64,000 nucleotides of DNA from Sphyrna mokarran (taxonomy: Eukaryota), in NCBI GenBank assembly GCA_024679065.1, contig JAGIQG010000020.1:18848001-18912000 (forward strand), in the 5' to 3' direction. A program made the translations under genes and the position numbers. The notes under the pieces are model-generated. The model worked only from the letters and a program-made list of their open reading frames with translations. It did no database searches and was not told where the DNA came from. This document shows, piece after piece, positions 1-11,497 of this stretch. Every line of letters starts with the position of its first letter. Position 1 is the stretch's first letter.

Positions 1-809
1 ACATGTAACAACATTTTCAATTACTGCTGAACCTTTCTGCCACTGAAAAATTTATTTTACAAACTTGGAAATGTCATTGCCTCAGAATATTTTAAAATTG
101 CCTGTTTCAAAACAAGTTCTTTGTTTATGATATTCCATTTTCTTCCGTAATTTCATGTGTAATCCCAAATTTTTCAAAGTTCACTTTGTGTAATGATCAA
201 CGGGTGAGTCATAATCCATAATTTTACTTCCTTCTTTGCTGAATATGAGAATTCTTCAATCTGATTGGCTGCCCATTTTATTTGATGATGATATTGTTAC
301 CATATGGCACAGATCTCCAATAGATGGCTTCAAATTCACCTCAAAATAGAGGCAACTGATCATCTATTGAGATATTAGTAGTTCCTTAGAGGTAAAAATC
401 TGAGCAAAATGATACATTTACTACAAAGCATATGTCAAAAGCTCTGTTTTTTGATTAGAAAAAATAATTTAAAGTAACAATTATGATTAAGCATGTTTTC
501 ACTCTGCTAATATTTTTCTGAATAATTTTATTTACTCAATGCAATTTAGTAAAAATTACTTTTTTTCATCTGAGCTGGTAATAGTGCCCCACATTTTCCA
601 CTTAAGGTCCAACTTTAATCAGGCAAAACAAATATATACCTGCCTTCCTCCAATCTTCTGATGGAGGATCCTGCAGAACTCAATCAGTGCAAAACAGAGC
701 AGCACAGATAATCAGAAACCATTCTAACTTCTCTTATGGCATTAGCGGCTATATTCTGGTAAATAAAGAGTTTAAATTTCCCAAACTTCTTTGAAAAGCT
801 AATGAAAAA

Positions 810-1290
810 TGTTAAGTGAGGGAAGGGAGAGAGGTGGAGGGGGGAGAGCAGAGTGGATAAGGCAAGTGGATAGGAGGATAGGTAGGATGGGTGAGGCAGG
901 TGGTAAGGAAGTAGGGAGGAGAAAGCAAAGTAAGAGTGGGTAAGGCAATGGTTAACAAGGTAGTGCAGGTAAGTGTGGGAAAGGGACATGGGTACCATGG
1001 GTGAGGGAGTATGTTGGCAGGTAGTTCAGATGGTGAGCTCCGCATTGCGCCAGGCACTGGGGCTAGAGTCAGGGAATGAGAGGATAGTCAGGTTCAATCG
1101 GGAGGGAGTCAGGGCAGCGGGTAGGTTGATGAGAATATGAAAGAATCAGAAGAGAGTCGGGGGTGTAATGCGATGGTGGGGTTAGTCAAGTTGGGAAGGA
1201 CAGGGCATTGGTGTGTAGGGAGGAGTTAATATGAATGATTAGGAGGTGGGGGGAAGGTGGGAGGGGTTCAGGCCTGCAGTTAGCCAAGTG
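810..1290. repeat. Purine (G/A)-rich low-complexity tract
   Basis: Recurrent GGTAAGG/GGTAGG/GGGAG words and a strong strand skew. Confidence 0.6.
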
Positions 1291-1679
1291 TTAGGTCAGT
1301 TTTTAATCTAACCCGAGGTGAGATGTTTTTTCAGGGCGTAGGGGATTGCTCCATCCAAAGTTCAGACGTCCCGGGAATTCCCACCATAAGTCAATATATC
1401 TTTAAATGGATAATATACCTTTAAATCAAGGTATGATCAAGGACCCGCCATGTATCCCATGGCAGGCGGGACCGGAAAATTTATCCCAATTGTTGGACAT
1501 TCCGAAAGGTCCAGTAGTGTGTCTTATGAGGTCTATCTGGCCTTCGACGATCCAGAGACCAGACTATCTTGATAATGTTTTCAATTGATTTGGAGAGACA
1601 GGGAGCACCTTGTCCATAATCTCTAATCCACAGCCTAATGGAAGGGTTGACTGTTCGCTCTATGGCAATGCTAACTTAA

Positions 1680-2250
1680 TAAAGTTTCACAACACCAATT
1701 TTAAATCCAACCAATTTATTTGATAGTAAATTCACGAGCTTTCGACACAATGGCCTTCGTCAGCCAAATGCAGTGTTCTGGACTGCAATAGCACTCATAC
1801 CAACACAGACAGTCATAGATTGCTGATTAGAATGCGAATCCTTACATCTAACCTGCTATTCAAGTGTTAAAGTGGCTAACAATGTGTGTGAAGGGAATCC
1901 TGAGCATTTGTTAGAGAATTGTGTATTTTCTCCAGACAGCACAGTAAGTGAGGTTTTTTGCTAACCAAGGCAAGTTATGGGGGTTACAGATAGTGTGTCA
2001 TGAAGCCAAGATCCCTGTTAAGACCGTCCTCATGTGTGCGGAGCTTGGCTATCAGTCTCTGCTCAGCGACTCTGCGCTGTCGTGTATCACGAAAGCCCCC
2101 TTGAAGAACATTTCCCCGCAGGTCGGAGGCCGAATGCCCATGACTGCTGAAGTGTTCGCCCACAGGAAGGGAACTGTTTTGCCTGGTGATTGTTGAGCGA
2201 TGCTCATTCATCCGCTGTCGTAGTGTCCTGGCTAACTCAAGGCAGTACAT
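1680..2250 (-). mobile_element. Penelope-like retroelement 3' fragment (GIY-YIG C-terminal part plus 3' terminal region)
   Basis: ORF 1984-2250(-) RTLRQRMNEHRSTI...LPVGEHFSSHGH...RRVAEQRLIAKLRTHEDGLNRD is typical of the PLE endonuclease end; downstream sequence matches the terminal sequence of the 44.6 and 48.4 kb elements. Confidence 0.85.
1729..1769 (-). ncRNA. Minimal type I hammerhead ribozyme-like motif in the PLE terminus (stem I degenerate)
   Basis: Minus strand CTGACGA-A-GGC cattgt GTC-GAAA-GCT-C: core boxes, 3-bp stem II, palindromic AGCT stem III. Confidence 0.55.
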
Positions 2251-4087
2251 TAGGTCATTTCCATTGAAGGGAGGTGTGAGATTTCATGTGAAAACTGATT
2301 GCTGCGGTGACCGGAAAATAAAAGCATTGGGAAGTATCCGAAAATTTCAAGCGCCACTATAATCAAGGCAAACCTTTTGTGATTCTGTATATGGTAGAAT
2401 TGTTTTAAATTTTGCAGCAAATCACATGGTAGTTGAAGAAATTTGGTTGTCCAGTCAAACACCATGCATTTTGCTTCGACCACCTTTGTTGCTTACCCAC
2501 GCTTAGTCCAGCCGTGGTTAAATCCCGTGGCTTCATGAAAGGATTTGGGGAAAGCCTTATTTTATTCTATAATGCACATTTTTTTTTACAGAAGAATGAT
2601 GGATCTATAGTGTTAGCGATGATACTTGATTAATTGTTTGAGATATTTATTTATGACCAGAGTCATGGATGTCGAGGAATTAAATAAAGCAACAACAAGT
2701 TACATTCTATAGTCCTTTAATAGTAAAATACCCTGATGCGTTTCCGCAACCATATAAATCAGAATTAATTTGAAGCCTCGGCATTAAGAAATGCAAGCCT
2801 AAATTTACTATTTATAAATATTTTCCATAAGCTAACTTTCAAGACCTGGACACCCTTGTTGGGAACATGCAGTTTTAAAAAAACTTGTTTTCTTCTGCAT
2901 TAATCTTTCTATCTGTCCATCACTATCTATCTTTCTATCCATAATTTTTCTGTCTGTCCTACATTCTTTCTCTCTTAACGTCTCTTACGAACTCTCATGT
3001 TTTCACATCCCTGTTTGTTGTTGATGTTTCTCCCTTTTTTGTTTTCCCCCTTTTCCATTAAAAATGGACTTTTAAAAAATAAATATAACCCCGCGACCCG
3101 AATCTGATCCAACTAAGAGTTGCTTTGCTATCTACTTTGATGAAGGTTTTATCTAATCGACGGTGCACATTTCCACAAGCATTACAATACTTGAATGTAT
3201 TGTCCTGGTGTTCCCTCTAAGGTGGAGAGTTTACTATGGACTGAATCATTATAGGAGCCCATACTGCTGTAACAGTCCAGTTCCATTAATTTGTGGTCTT
3301 GAGACTTGTCACTCATTATAAAGAATCACCTTTCCATCTTCCATGTATCTTCCTTACAAGTACTATCTGCTCTCTAAAGTGCCTGAAAATGATGCCTATT
3401 TATTATTTTACACTTGCCAGCTACAACCATCAAAATAGTTAAATTATTTTCATTGATCGCCCATCACAACCTCTTCCTTTTAAGAGATTTTCTCTCTGGT
3501 TATCATTGTATCGTTGATGCCACGCGCCTGATGTTACAAGGTATTTTCCTGTGAGACGGGATAATACTCGGGTCAATAGTATTCACTAACACAAGTTTTG
3601 GGGAGCCAGGACTAGCGGGCAATGGATTGGTTTTCTCAAGAAACAATGGAATGGCTTGCTAGCGCTTTAAATGAGCATTTATTGGTTGTTGGAAAGTGAA
3701 GACTTGTTGAAAACCTGCCCAAGGAAAAAAGTGAAACAGTTCTGACTCACAACGTCAGCATTAATTTCATATTCCATTAATCAATGCGCTCACTTGTAAA
3801 ACTTATTAAAAGAAAAACTAAATGAATATACATCTCCCCCTATGATTGTATGATTAATACTTTCACAGCTTTGCAGTAAGTAATAAAGCATAAACAATTT
3901 ATCATCAGAGATTGTTAATTCTGTTTAAACTACACAATTGCATTTCCTTGGTGTGGGGAATCACTTTACCTGGGTCTCGCAGTGAAGTATTTATCATATA
4001 CCATGCGTCTATATTTGCAAGCTTTGAGCTGAAGGAAACATAATTTTGAGTAAAGTATTTTGTATTCCTCTTGTGGCTGCCCCACAA

Positions 4088-4378
4088 GCACAGCAGTTCG
4101 CATTGCTGCCTCACAGCGCCAGGGACCTGAGTTCGATTCCCGGCTTGGGTCACTGTCTGTATGAAGTCTGCACATTCTCCCCGTGTCTGCGTGAGCTCCC
4201 AACGGGTGCTCTGGTCTCCTACCACAGTCAAAAGATGTGCGGGTTAGGTTGATTGGCCATAGTAAATTGCCCTGAGTGTCAGAGGGATTGGGCGGGGGAT
4301 GGAGGAGGAGGTTGGGGATTGTGGTCCGTGCAGACTCGATGGACCAAAAGGCTTTTTTTTCTGCACTGTAGGGATTCA
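4088..4378 (+). mobile_element. HE1/V-SINE-like SINE, tail type A
   Basis: tRNA-like head with B box GTTCGATTCC, core TTCTCCCCGTGTCTGCGTG, tail CTGCACTGTAGGGATTC. Confidence 0.88.
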
Positions 4379-7300
4379 CTGTAAGCAATTATTTCCCTAA
4401 CATTCGGCGAATGAAAGTTGATCTGTTACGCCGAGGCAAGTGTGGGGTGGGGGCAAATGGTGATGGCCACTTCTTGCCAATGGTAGAAGTGAGAGACCAC
4501 AGATTATCTGCAATCAGATCATGCATATTGCAATAGTAATATCATTGGTTAAGAAAAGCTGCCATGATGTCCATGTTTCAACAACTGGAATGTATTTAAC
4601 CAGTTTGTAAACTGGCGTGTGATCGCATACGACATTAATTCATGATTAGTTTGTGGCAACTGGTAGTAAACTGAAAGATTATTATCGTGCATTAATATAC
4701 ATTTAAATTGTACATTAAATTAGATTATCATATAAGTGATATATTTAAATTAAATTATCCTACAGTAAATTGCAGCAAAACAAACCTGTATTCAGAATTC
4801 AGTCAAAAAAAGTGAAAGATTTCTGTACGTGTGTGTGTGTGTGTGTGCACAATTATTAATATGAAAGCCGGCATATACCGAACATAAGGTGTACCATACA
4901 GTTAAGCACTTAAAAGCCATGGTGCCAAGCTGACTGTACAGCCTCGGGAAGTCTCAGGATGTGAATATTCTTGATCACTTTCCAGATTCAATCTACAGTT
5001 CCCTGAGGCAATGGTGTCGTGACTAATTGAGTCTGAGCCAGCCATGAAAACTCTGATTCAGATGTCAAATTATCAGAAACAAATGGTTAGTTTAAAGTTC
5101 GGAGAAGTGAGCTGTGTTAAGCAACACCATAATAAGTAGGATCTCGCAAAGAGGTGGAACAGGTTATGAGTAAAAATAAACCGAGGCTTGAAGTGACACG
5201 TTCCTACAGACATGGCGATACAGGTTCGGTCAACCTGATGTTGGTTTTGGGGAGATGTTACATCGGAAACATAAGAGTGGCGAAAGCTTCAGCCTGTCAG
5301 TGCCTGATCGCTACATATTCGACGAGGGGATAAAAGCCTGGACGTGATCGGAAGCTAAGCTGGCCGTCGGTATTATATTCACAAATTCGCAGCAGTGAGC
5401 AAAGACCGGGGAAGATTTGTATTCTTCACTGTAGTTTGTATTCACTGTAGTTTGCGGTGTTTATCCATTTACAGTGCTGACACCTGACGTTGCGTAACAG
5501 GTTTAAAGAGGTTGTTGACGAGCCTCCTATATAACACGAAGTAGACTGGATACTAATATATAAAAGTTATTTGGGGAAATTGTTCTCCCTATTTGCATTT
5601 CAAGCACAGTAAAATAAAAAGTCAATACAATTAAAAGAATGGTACTAAAAATTGTTGAGAGTATTGCTAACCGATTAAATACAGATATGTTTTGCAAATA
5701 CAGCGCGCACTCATGCCAGTAATCTTTAACAAAGGCGCACTTGGTATACTATTTACATTTGGCCCACAGTTTATTGCAACAAGTCTGGAATTACGACTAA
5801 GCGATGTATGTCTATGTTTTTCTGTACATATTGTTATCGTTCTTTTGGAAAAGGCAACAGCAATAGGAACGTGCATTTCTAGAGAAAAAAAATCCGTAGA
5901 AAAGGCACTGTATAAAGGAAAAACGGAAGGCAGAGCCAATGAAGGTGGAAGACATGCTCGAAAGCATAGCTAAAGGGGGAGGAGTTCAAGAAACGTCTAA
6001 CAGGGAAAGGGAAAAGGGAATAGTGAGATTCAGACACAGAGAGCCACAGCATGAGATCCGAGTGGCTGAAAGTAAAGATGAAAATGGTCCACGGAAAGGT
6101 AGAACAGGAGATTTGGGGCAGTTGCTTGTAGGGCTGGAGGAACATATAGAAATAGGGAACAGCCAAACTATGAATGGTATTACAAAAAGTAAATGAGACA
6201 CTATAAGCTATATTAATTAAATAGCCAGCGATGCTTAAAGCCATCTCTGCCTTCTCTCTGTCCAACAAAGCTCCAATTCTCATTGTGCTTGTTCGATTGT
6301 AATTAACATTCAATTCGAAGAACTATTTTCCATGACTTAACAAGGGATTAATCGTTTTAACATAATGTTACAATCCAGAGAAAAATAAATACAATATTAT
6401 TTTAAGGCAGCCCCCCCCCCATACATACACACACACACACATACACACAGAGGTTAACTGTCAATGACTGCGTGTCGATTAAAGATAGGAGTTTTTAATG
6501 ACTATCTTGTGTAATGAATACCTGAGTTCGGACACGTTACCTTCGATGCGACCTTGCGCCCACCTCTAGCCCAGAACAAAAGTGGATTTTCAGTTTGAAT
6601 GACCTTATTGAGAGTTTACTGATGGCAGTTAAATGAGGTCCAAACAGGTCTGCATTTTTTAACTGTCAGAGCCGGGTACAGATATGCTTGCGATCAAAGG
6701 CTGCATTCCGGCGTGTAAATTTATAGTAGTCTGGTGAAACAATACCTAACATTATCCCCGAGGAAATGCCTGCCCAGGAAGGAACCCAAACGCCAGGAAA
6801 CTATTTCTGGATTGAAGAATATTCCTTGACCGATTTAATAAAAAAAATTATCGAAGTGCCATTTCTTACAAAGATTAGTATTAAACGAGACCAAAACGAA
6901 TCGATTTGTCCAACCAATTGGAAGCGCCGCCTTTCTATTCAGTAATCAGTAACCGGGGAAATGAAAATTATGGCAGATTAATTTAAAGACAGCACATTTT
7001 CTGTTGAAGTTATACTGAAGACTGCCGTTTACCTCCACAACCTGTCATATACCCTCAACCAACCATCCAACTGACTAACTCATGCCAATTACATAATGGA
7101 AGAAATGAATATTTGCATAAGCACGGATTTTGAACCGGCAGCATTTACTATTGCAGTAAAATCTAACGCTATCATGAGATGGCAAGTTCTACAGCTTTGT
7201 CAACAGCGCCAACACCAATGTCGGCTGAAAGTCCCCCATAGGTTTCCTCATCAGCTCCAGTCGCCAACAATTATTCAGATGTAATAAAAAGTGAAGAGCG

Positions 7301-8629
7301 AATAACGGCTCTCCATTTCAGCACCAAGGTTGAAATAATTAGTGGCTTCTCGGAATAAATCAGCCGCTTTGATGTTCCAGGTAAGGGCGAGCAAACCCCT
7401 TGCATCACTCTGGAATCTATCAAAGTACAAACAACTTTCAGGAACAAATGAAAGCCGTACAATATCAAATCACATAAATGACTTTCGCGAGTCAATAACT
7501 GGATTTACAGGTTAGAAAGGCACCATTAGGTAATAGCTTTAGAAGAATAATGTCTGCACAATCCAATAATGAAGCGTTCACTTTTTAAGTGCATCTCAGA
7601 AGTTAATTCGGAATGTGTCATGACGGGTTGCGTCCAGGACAGTTAGCCCTTCTCGCTTTTTCAAATAGCGGCGGACTTGTATTAAGTATAACGCATGGGA
7701 TTCCATTGTTACTATCTGTTGGCATTCACTTGCTTAGATTTACATATTTGTGTGCTAACACTGTACGCTATTTTTGTCCAATGTGTTAGGTCGCTTGTAA
7801 GGGATATGTTACATGTTCCGGGTGGTGCTGTTTTAAAATAAGCACAACATCTTCCTTATTGTGCACTAAATCCGCCACACCTTTTTCTTTCCCAAACCTG
7901 CAATCGTTGCACAGTGTGAACACCGTGTTCTCACAATGACAATTCTAATAGGTTGGCACGGATACAACTTTTAAATTCAAATACATCAACGTGATTTTGA
8001 AACTGTATTGTTAATACTTTGTTCTTGAATAGGATTTTGCTGCCTTTCCCTGTCAGAAAATGACTTTAAATCTTATTTTGGAAATGTTTTGTTTGCGGGC
8101 ACACACAGGTAACACACACACACATATAGTGAGAGAGGGAGAGCGGCTAAGCGACTTCATTAAAAGTTGCATAACTTCAAAGTTGTTTGTATTTTTTTTT
8201 GTTGTGTTTTGCCAAGTAACTTGGTATAGATGGTGCCTTGTTTGGTTGGTGCCATCCATTCCCATCACATTGGTACCATTGACTGGATTAGCCCAGACCA
8301 TCTTGACATGCCCTTACTCTCAGAGACTTGACCGCCAAAGCCAAGTGCAAGTGATGCATGTGTACCAGAGGAGAAGACAGTTGTCCTGCTCTTAACTTGA
8401 AAAAAAAGCTTCATCTTACCCTCTCTCTCTCTGACATGCCCGCTATTGGCAGGCGCATCAACCAGAGGCGGAAAAATGGTCAAAATTCACCGCACTTTGG
8501 AAATCACGCGAATTCTTAAAACACATGATAAAACATGCTGACGTGTTGAAAAACTTCAAAGCGGTTTGGGGAGGGCGCAGGAGTGCAAAAAGAAAAACAG
8601 TTTCTGAAATCAATATTGCGGAACTGCTT

Positions 8630-8755
8630 GGTTCTGACAAAGAGAACTGAAACGGCTAGTTTCTTTTCTTCCAGATGCTGCCAGACCTGCTGAGATTTAT
8701 ACAGCTTTCTCTGCTTTTGTTTCAGATTGCAGCATCCGCAGCATTTTGCTTTTAT
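8630..8755 (+). mobile_element. Short repeat, probably the terminus of a second PLE family
   Basis: CTGACAA...GAAACG followed by CAGATGCTGCCAGACCTGCTGAG...CAGCATCCGCAGCATTTTGCTTTTA; a related copy lies at 60970-61110. Confidence 0.6.
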
Positions 8756-9056
8756 GTTATAGTGTAGTTGGGTGTTTTCTCCTCCAGCTTTTGTTTATTT
8801 GATTATTTATTTCCAAATGTGTAAACCGGTGATATGTCTCTTCTCGTCCCCATTTTCCCTGCTGTGAGTTTGCCCTATTGTTAAAATACTGGCATAGCAA
8901 AATAACCATGGTCTCGACTCTTGACAGAAAGAAGGAGGCCAACAGGACTTCAGGAAGTCCGAATTGAATATTTTAGAAGTGCAGTAGCTATTGCTGTGTT
9001 GGAAACGTTGTAGAATTATTGTGATCGCCAAATGTGACCGCCAGATGCTGCTACTA

Positions 9057-9364
9057 GACATAGAAACCCGGAAGGAGACCATTCGGCCCATCTAGTCAGC
9101 ACTGACAACAATCCCATCCAGGCCCTATCCCCTTAACCCACAGTTATCCCTCCCCCATCAAATCTCTTTAATCTTCACATGCAGGAACACTAAGGGGCAA
9201 TTTAGCATATCCAATCAACCTGTGAGAAGGAGCTGGAGGGAACCCCACGCAGATACGGGGAGAACATGCAAACTCCACACAAACAATGACCCAAACTGGG
9301 AATCGAAGCCAGCTCCCTGAAGCTGTGAGGCAGCAATGCTAACCATTGTGCCACCGTGCCATCC
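9057..9364 (-). mobile_element. HE1/V-SINE-like SINE, tail type A
   Basis: Reverse complement of the same head, core and tail (GAGGCAGCAATGCTAACCATTGTGCC; GGAGACCATTCGGCCC). Confidence 0.85.
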
Positions 9365-11473
9365 CTGACTATCAATTGACCATCAATGACATTGTAGTAA
9401 TGCAGACTGTCCTAAGCCATAGGCACAATCGCCAATAACCTTACCAAACTATGGAATCTATAATTGAAAAAGGGTTATACAGACCTACAGGAAATAATAG
9501 GATATATAATGCACAGACAAAAATAAAAACAACGGCGGGGACATTCTATTTAAACAATCGATGCCTTTTCTTTTGCCTTTATCTAACCAGTAAGTTTACA
9601 ATTGAAAATCAGGAGATGCGAGTGGAGCCCTTTGCCTTGTAAGTAGTATAGTATGAATGAAAAATGCAAAACAACGTCTTAAAGGGGAAGAACTGGTTAC
9701 CGTTTATATCCTTCAATCAAGCACTTTGGTATACCACATAACAATGCCAACACAGAGAATAATATTTCATTTCTTAAATTGATCTTGTAATCTTCATGGC
9801 TTTGGTAGTGTTAACCTGTTTTATATTTAAGGTATGATACAATCTTTCAAACTGTGTTTTTGGATTTATAGATGCATTGATGGATCGTATAAAGATAATG
9901 TGAGACTGGTTGCATATAAAAAAAATTCACACCGTCTAATCAATCAATTATCTATGATGAAGGACATTATACATATATTTACTCTCTCTCTCTATATATA
10001 TATATATATACACATATAGGGCCGTCCCTGAGATGATGAAGCTGTGTAGGGTTTGATCAGAAATAATGATGGATACACTTTACAAGTAAATCTATTCGGC
10101 ACAATTTGGAACGTAGAATTCAGATGCAGAAACTTTAATTTCGTTTTACGCTAACGGAACCCACTCGAATGTTTTGTTTTTATAAAATACCAGTATAAGC
10201 ACGTGACCATCTAGTTAAAAGATTCAGTTATTGCCTATTGGCTATTTCATAACGGAACTGATTATAAAGAGGAACATAGCCAAATGCACATTCACCCTCT
10301 TCGTTATCTTGTCCATTTAGCAGAGTGTTTATATGTCCTCCTGCCAATTTTAAAATGAAGGTACACGATTAAATACTTCCTATTCGTAATTCGCTCGTAT
10401 TACACTATGCAGAATTTGATACAGTACTTCTCCGTGCAATATCAATCCAGTCACACAATGCCATTATTTTGTGCAGTGACAAAGAATATCGCATATGGCC
10501 AGTTCAGCTCATGCCAGTCACCTGTCACAGGATCAGTCTTGTATAATAACTCTTCAGTTATAGTTATGTTGCAGTTGGGTGAGCAGTCTCCCGTTGAAAT
10601 ATTAAAATTTAGTTGGATTTACAAAACGTTTGTGGGGAAAGAAAAATTTGAAATCCACGCGATAAAAAAAAATGAAGTTCAACTATTTATGTCTCATTTG
10701 CACACAGAATATAGAGTATTTTGGTGTGCGCCGAGATTATACGTATAGTTCCTGTCGGTGTTTTGAGTAAATGCGTGTTGAATCTTATGGTAGGTTGAAG
10801 ATGCATTAGTTTAAGGTGTTCAATCGCACTCTAGTCGAACGACATCAGAAGCATTTCTAGGTTGTCGGTTTTGCCAATAATATAGAGAAAAGGGTGAGCA
10901 CGTCTAGAAGCAGATAAGATGATAAACTTGCTTGTCGTAGTTTTCAAATGAATAATGCTCAAAACTATTTCCAAGCCTTTATATTGTTATTGTGGTTTTC
11001 GCTAGATCGGAAGTTTTAGATGTGCGCTATTCATTTTAGCGCATTTTCTTTAGATTGCATCGGAACCGCAAACCACCCTAAGTCTACCAGGTATGTCAAC
11101 TTTCACCTTCAGCGGTGGAACACGACTATAAGTAGCAAGTCATTTGAGCTTGATTTGCGCGTCTCTCCGAGAGATAAGCAATGAATCTCGTTGCAACAAA
11201 ACGTGTTGCCTTGTGATATCAAACTCGAATGAAAAAAAAAAATCCGTTCTCCGGGTGAGTGAATGAAGCTCTTCCAATCTTGTACAAATGAATAAAATTC
11301 TAACCCTCTTAACCCCAGCAGTCCATCACGAAAAAAAAGTCCATCCTTTGAAAAAAAAGTCATCTTCTAGCTAGAGTGTAACTCGGGGATGGGGTGGGTT
11401 GGGGGTGAACTTTTGACCCCCCCATACCTGAAATATTTCACGTTTCACCTTCAGTAATCTGTTGTTGCTTGTT

Positions 11474-11497
11474 GGGGGGGGGGGGGGGGGGGGGGGG
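11474..11497. repeat. G24 homopolymer within a G-rich tract
   Basis: Direct count. Confidence 0.9.

Noticed and set aside
4088-4160. tRNA genes suggested by A/B-box motifs (also at other SINE heads)
   Set aside because: They continue into a SINE core and tail; no complete cloverleaf.
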